A DNA stretch of 64,000 nucleotides from Octopus sinensis (lineage: Eukaryota): assembly GCF_006345805.1 (NCBI RefSeq), contig NC_043002.1, positions 80,228,001 through 80,292,000 of the forward strand, in the 5' to 3' direction. The translations under genes were made by a program, and so were the position numbers. Of this stretch, positions 63,831 to 64,000 are shown one piece after another (positions within the stretch are counted from its first letter, which is position 1; each line of letters starts with the position of its first letter). The notes beneath the pieces are model-generated. The model was not told the DNA's origin and did not search any database. It was given only the letters and a program-made list of their open reading frames with translations.

Positions 63831-64000
63831 CTGTTGAAATGCTGAAGGACTAAGCACTTATTTCACTGATGTCACCGAATTTCTTAAATGGCTGCAAATT
63901 GGATGCTTAGAGCATCGTATAAAAAATCCTTTGTAGCGTATTGTTCAATTCTCTACGCCCTGACTTCAAATACAATAAACCGTATGTTCTCTTCAAGACA

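Overview
AT-rich, microsatellite-saturated eukaryotic DNA. The SINE families resemble those of Octopus/coleoid cephalopods; this is inferred from recognition, with no search run. No host gene can be established, and nearly all short ORFs in the track are translated microsatellites. The window is a transposon graveyard: dozens of tRNA-derived SINEs from at least five families (labelled A-E here), a decayed Tc1, mariner, pogo and Helitron-like remnants, two GGATC-ended MITEs with 8-bp TSDs, R4/Dong-like remnants in (TAA)n, Penelope GIY-YIG fragments (one a 735-bp inverted duplication) and hammerhead-ribozyme-like motifs. The standout is a full-length 5.35-kb Tx1/L1-clade LINE (8522-13869, minus). 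It sits inside a SINE-B copy with a perfect 16-bp TSD, and the host SINE keeps its own 18-bp TSD. The LINE's last ~35 nt match the SINE-B 3' tail, and SINE-B tails are fused to the same nucleotide of other SINE-B copies at 8335 and 56552. This points to a LINE/SINE pair in which the LINE mobilises SINE-B and both target a site inside SINE-B itself.
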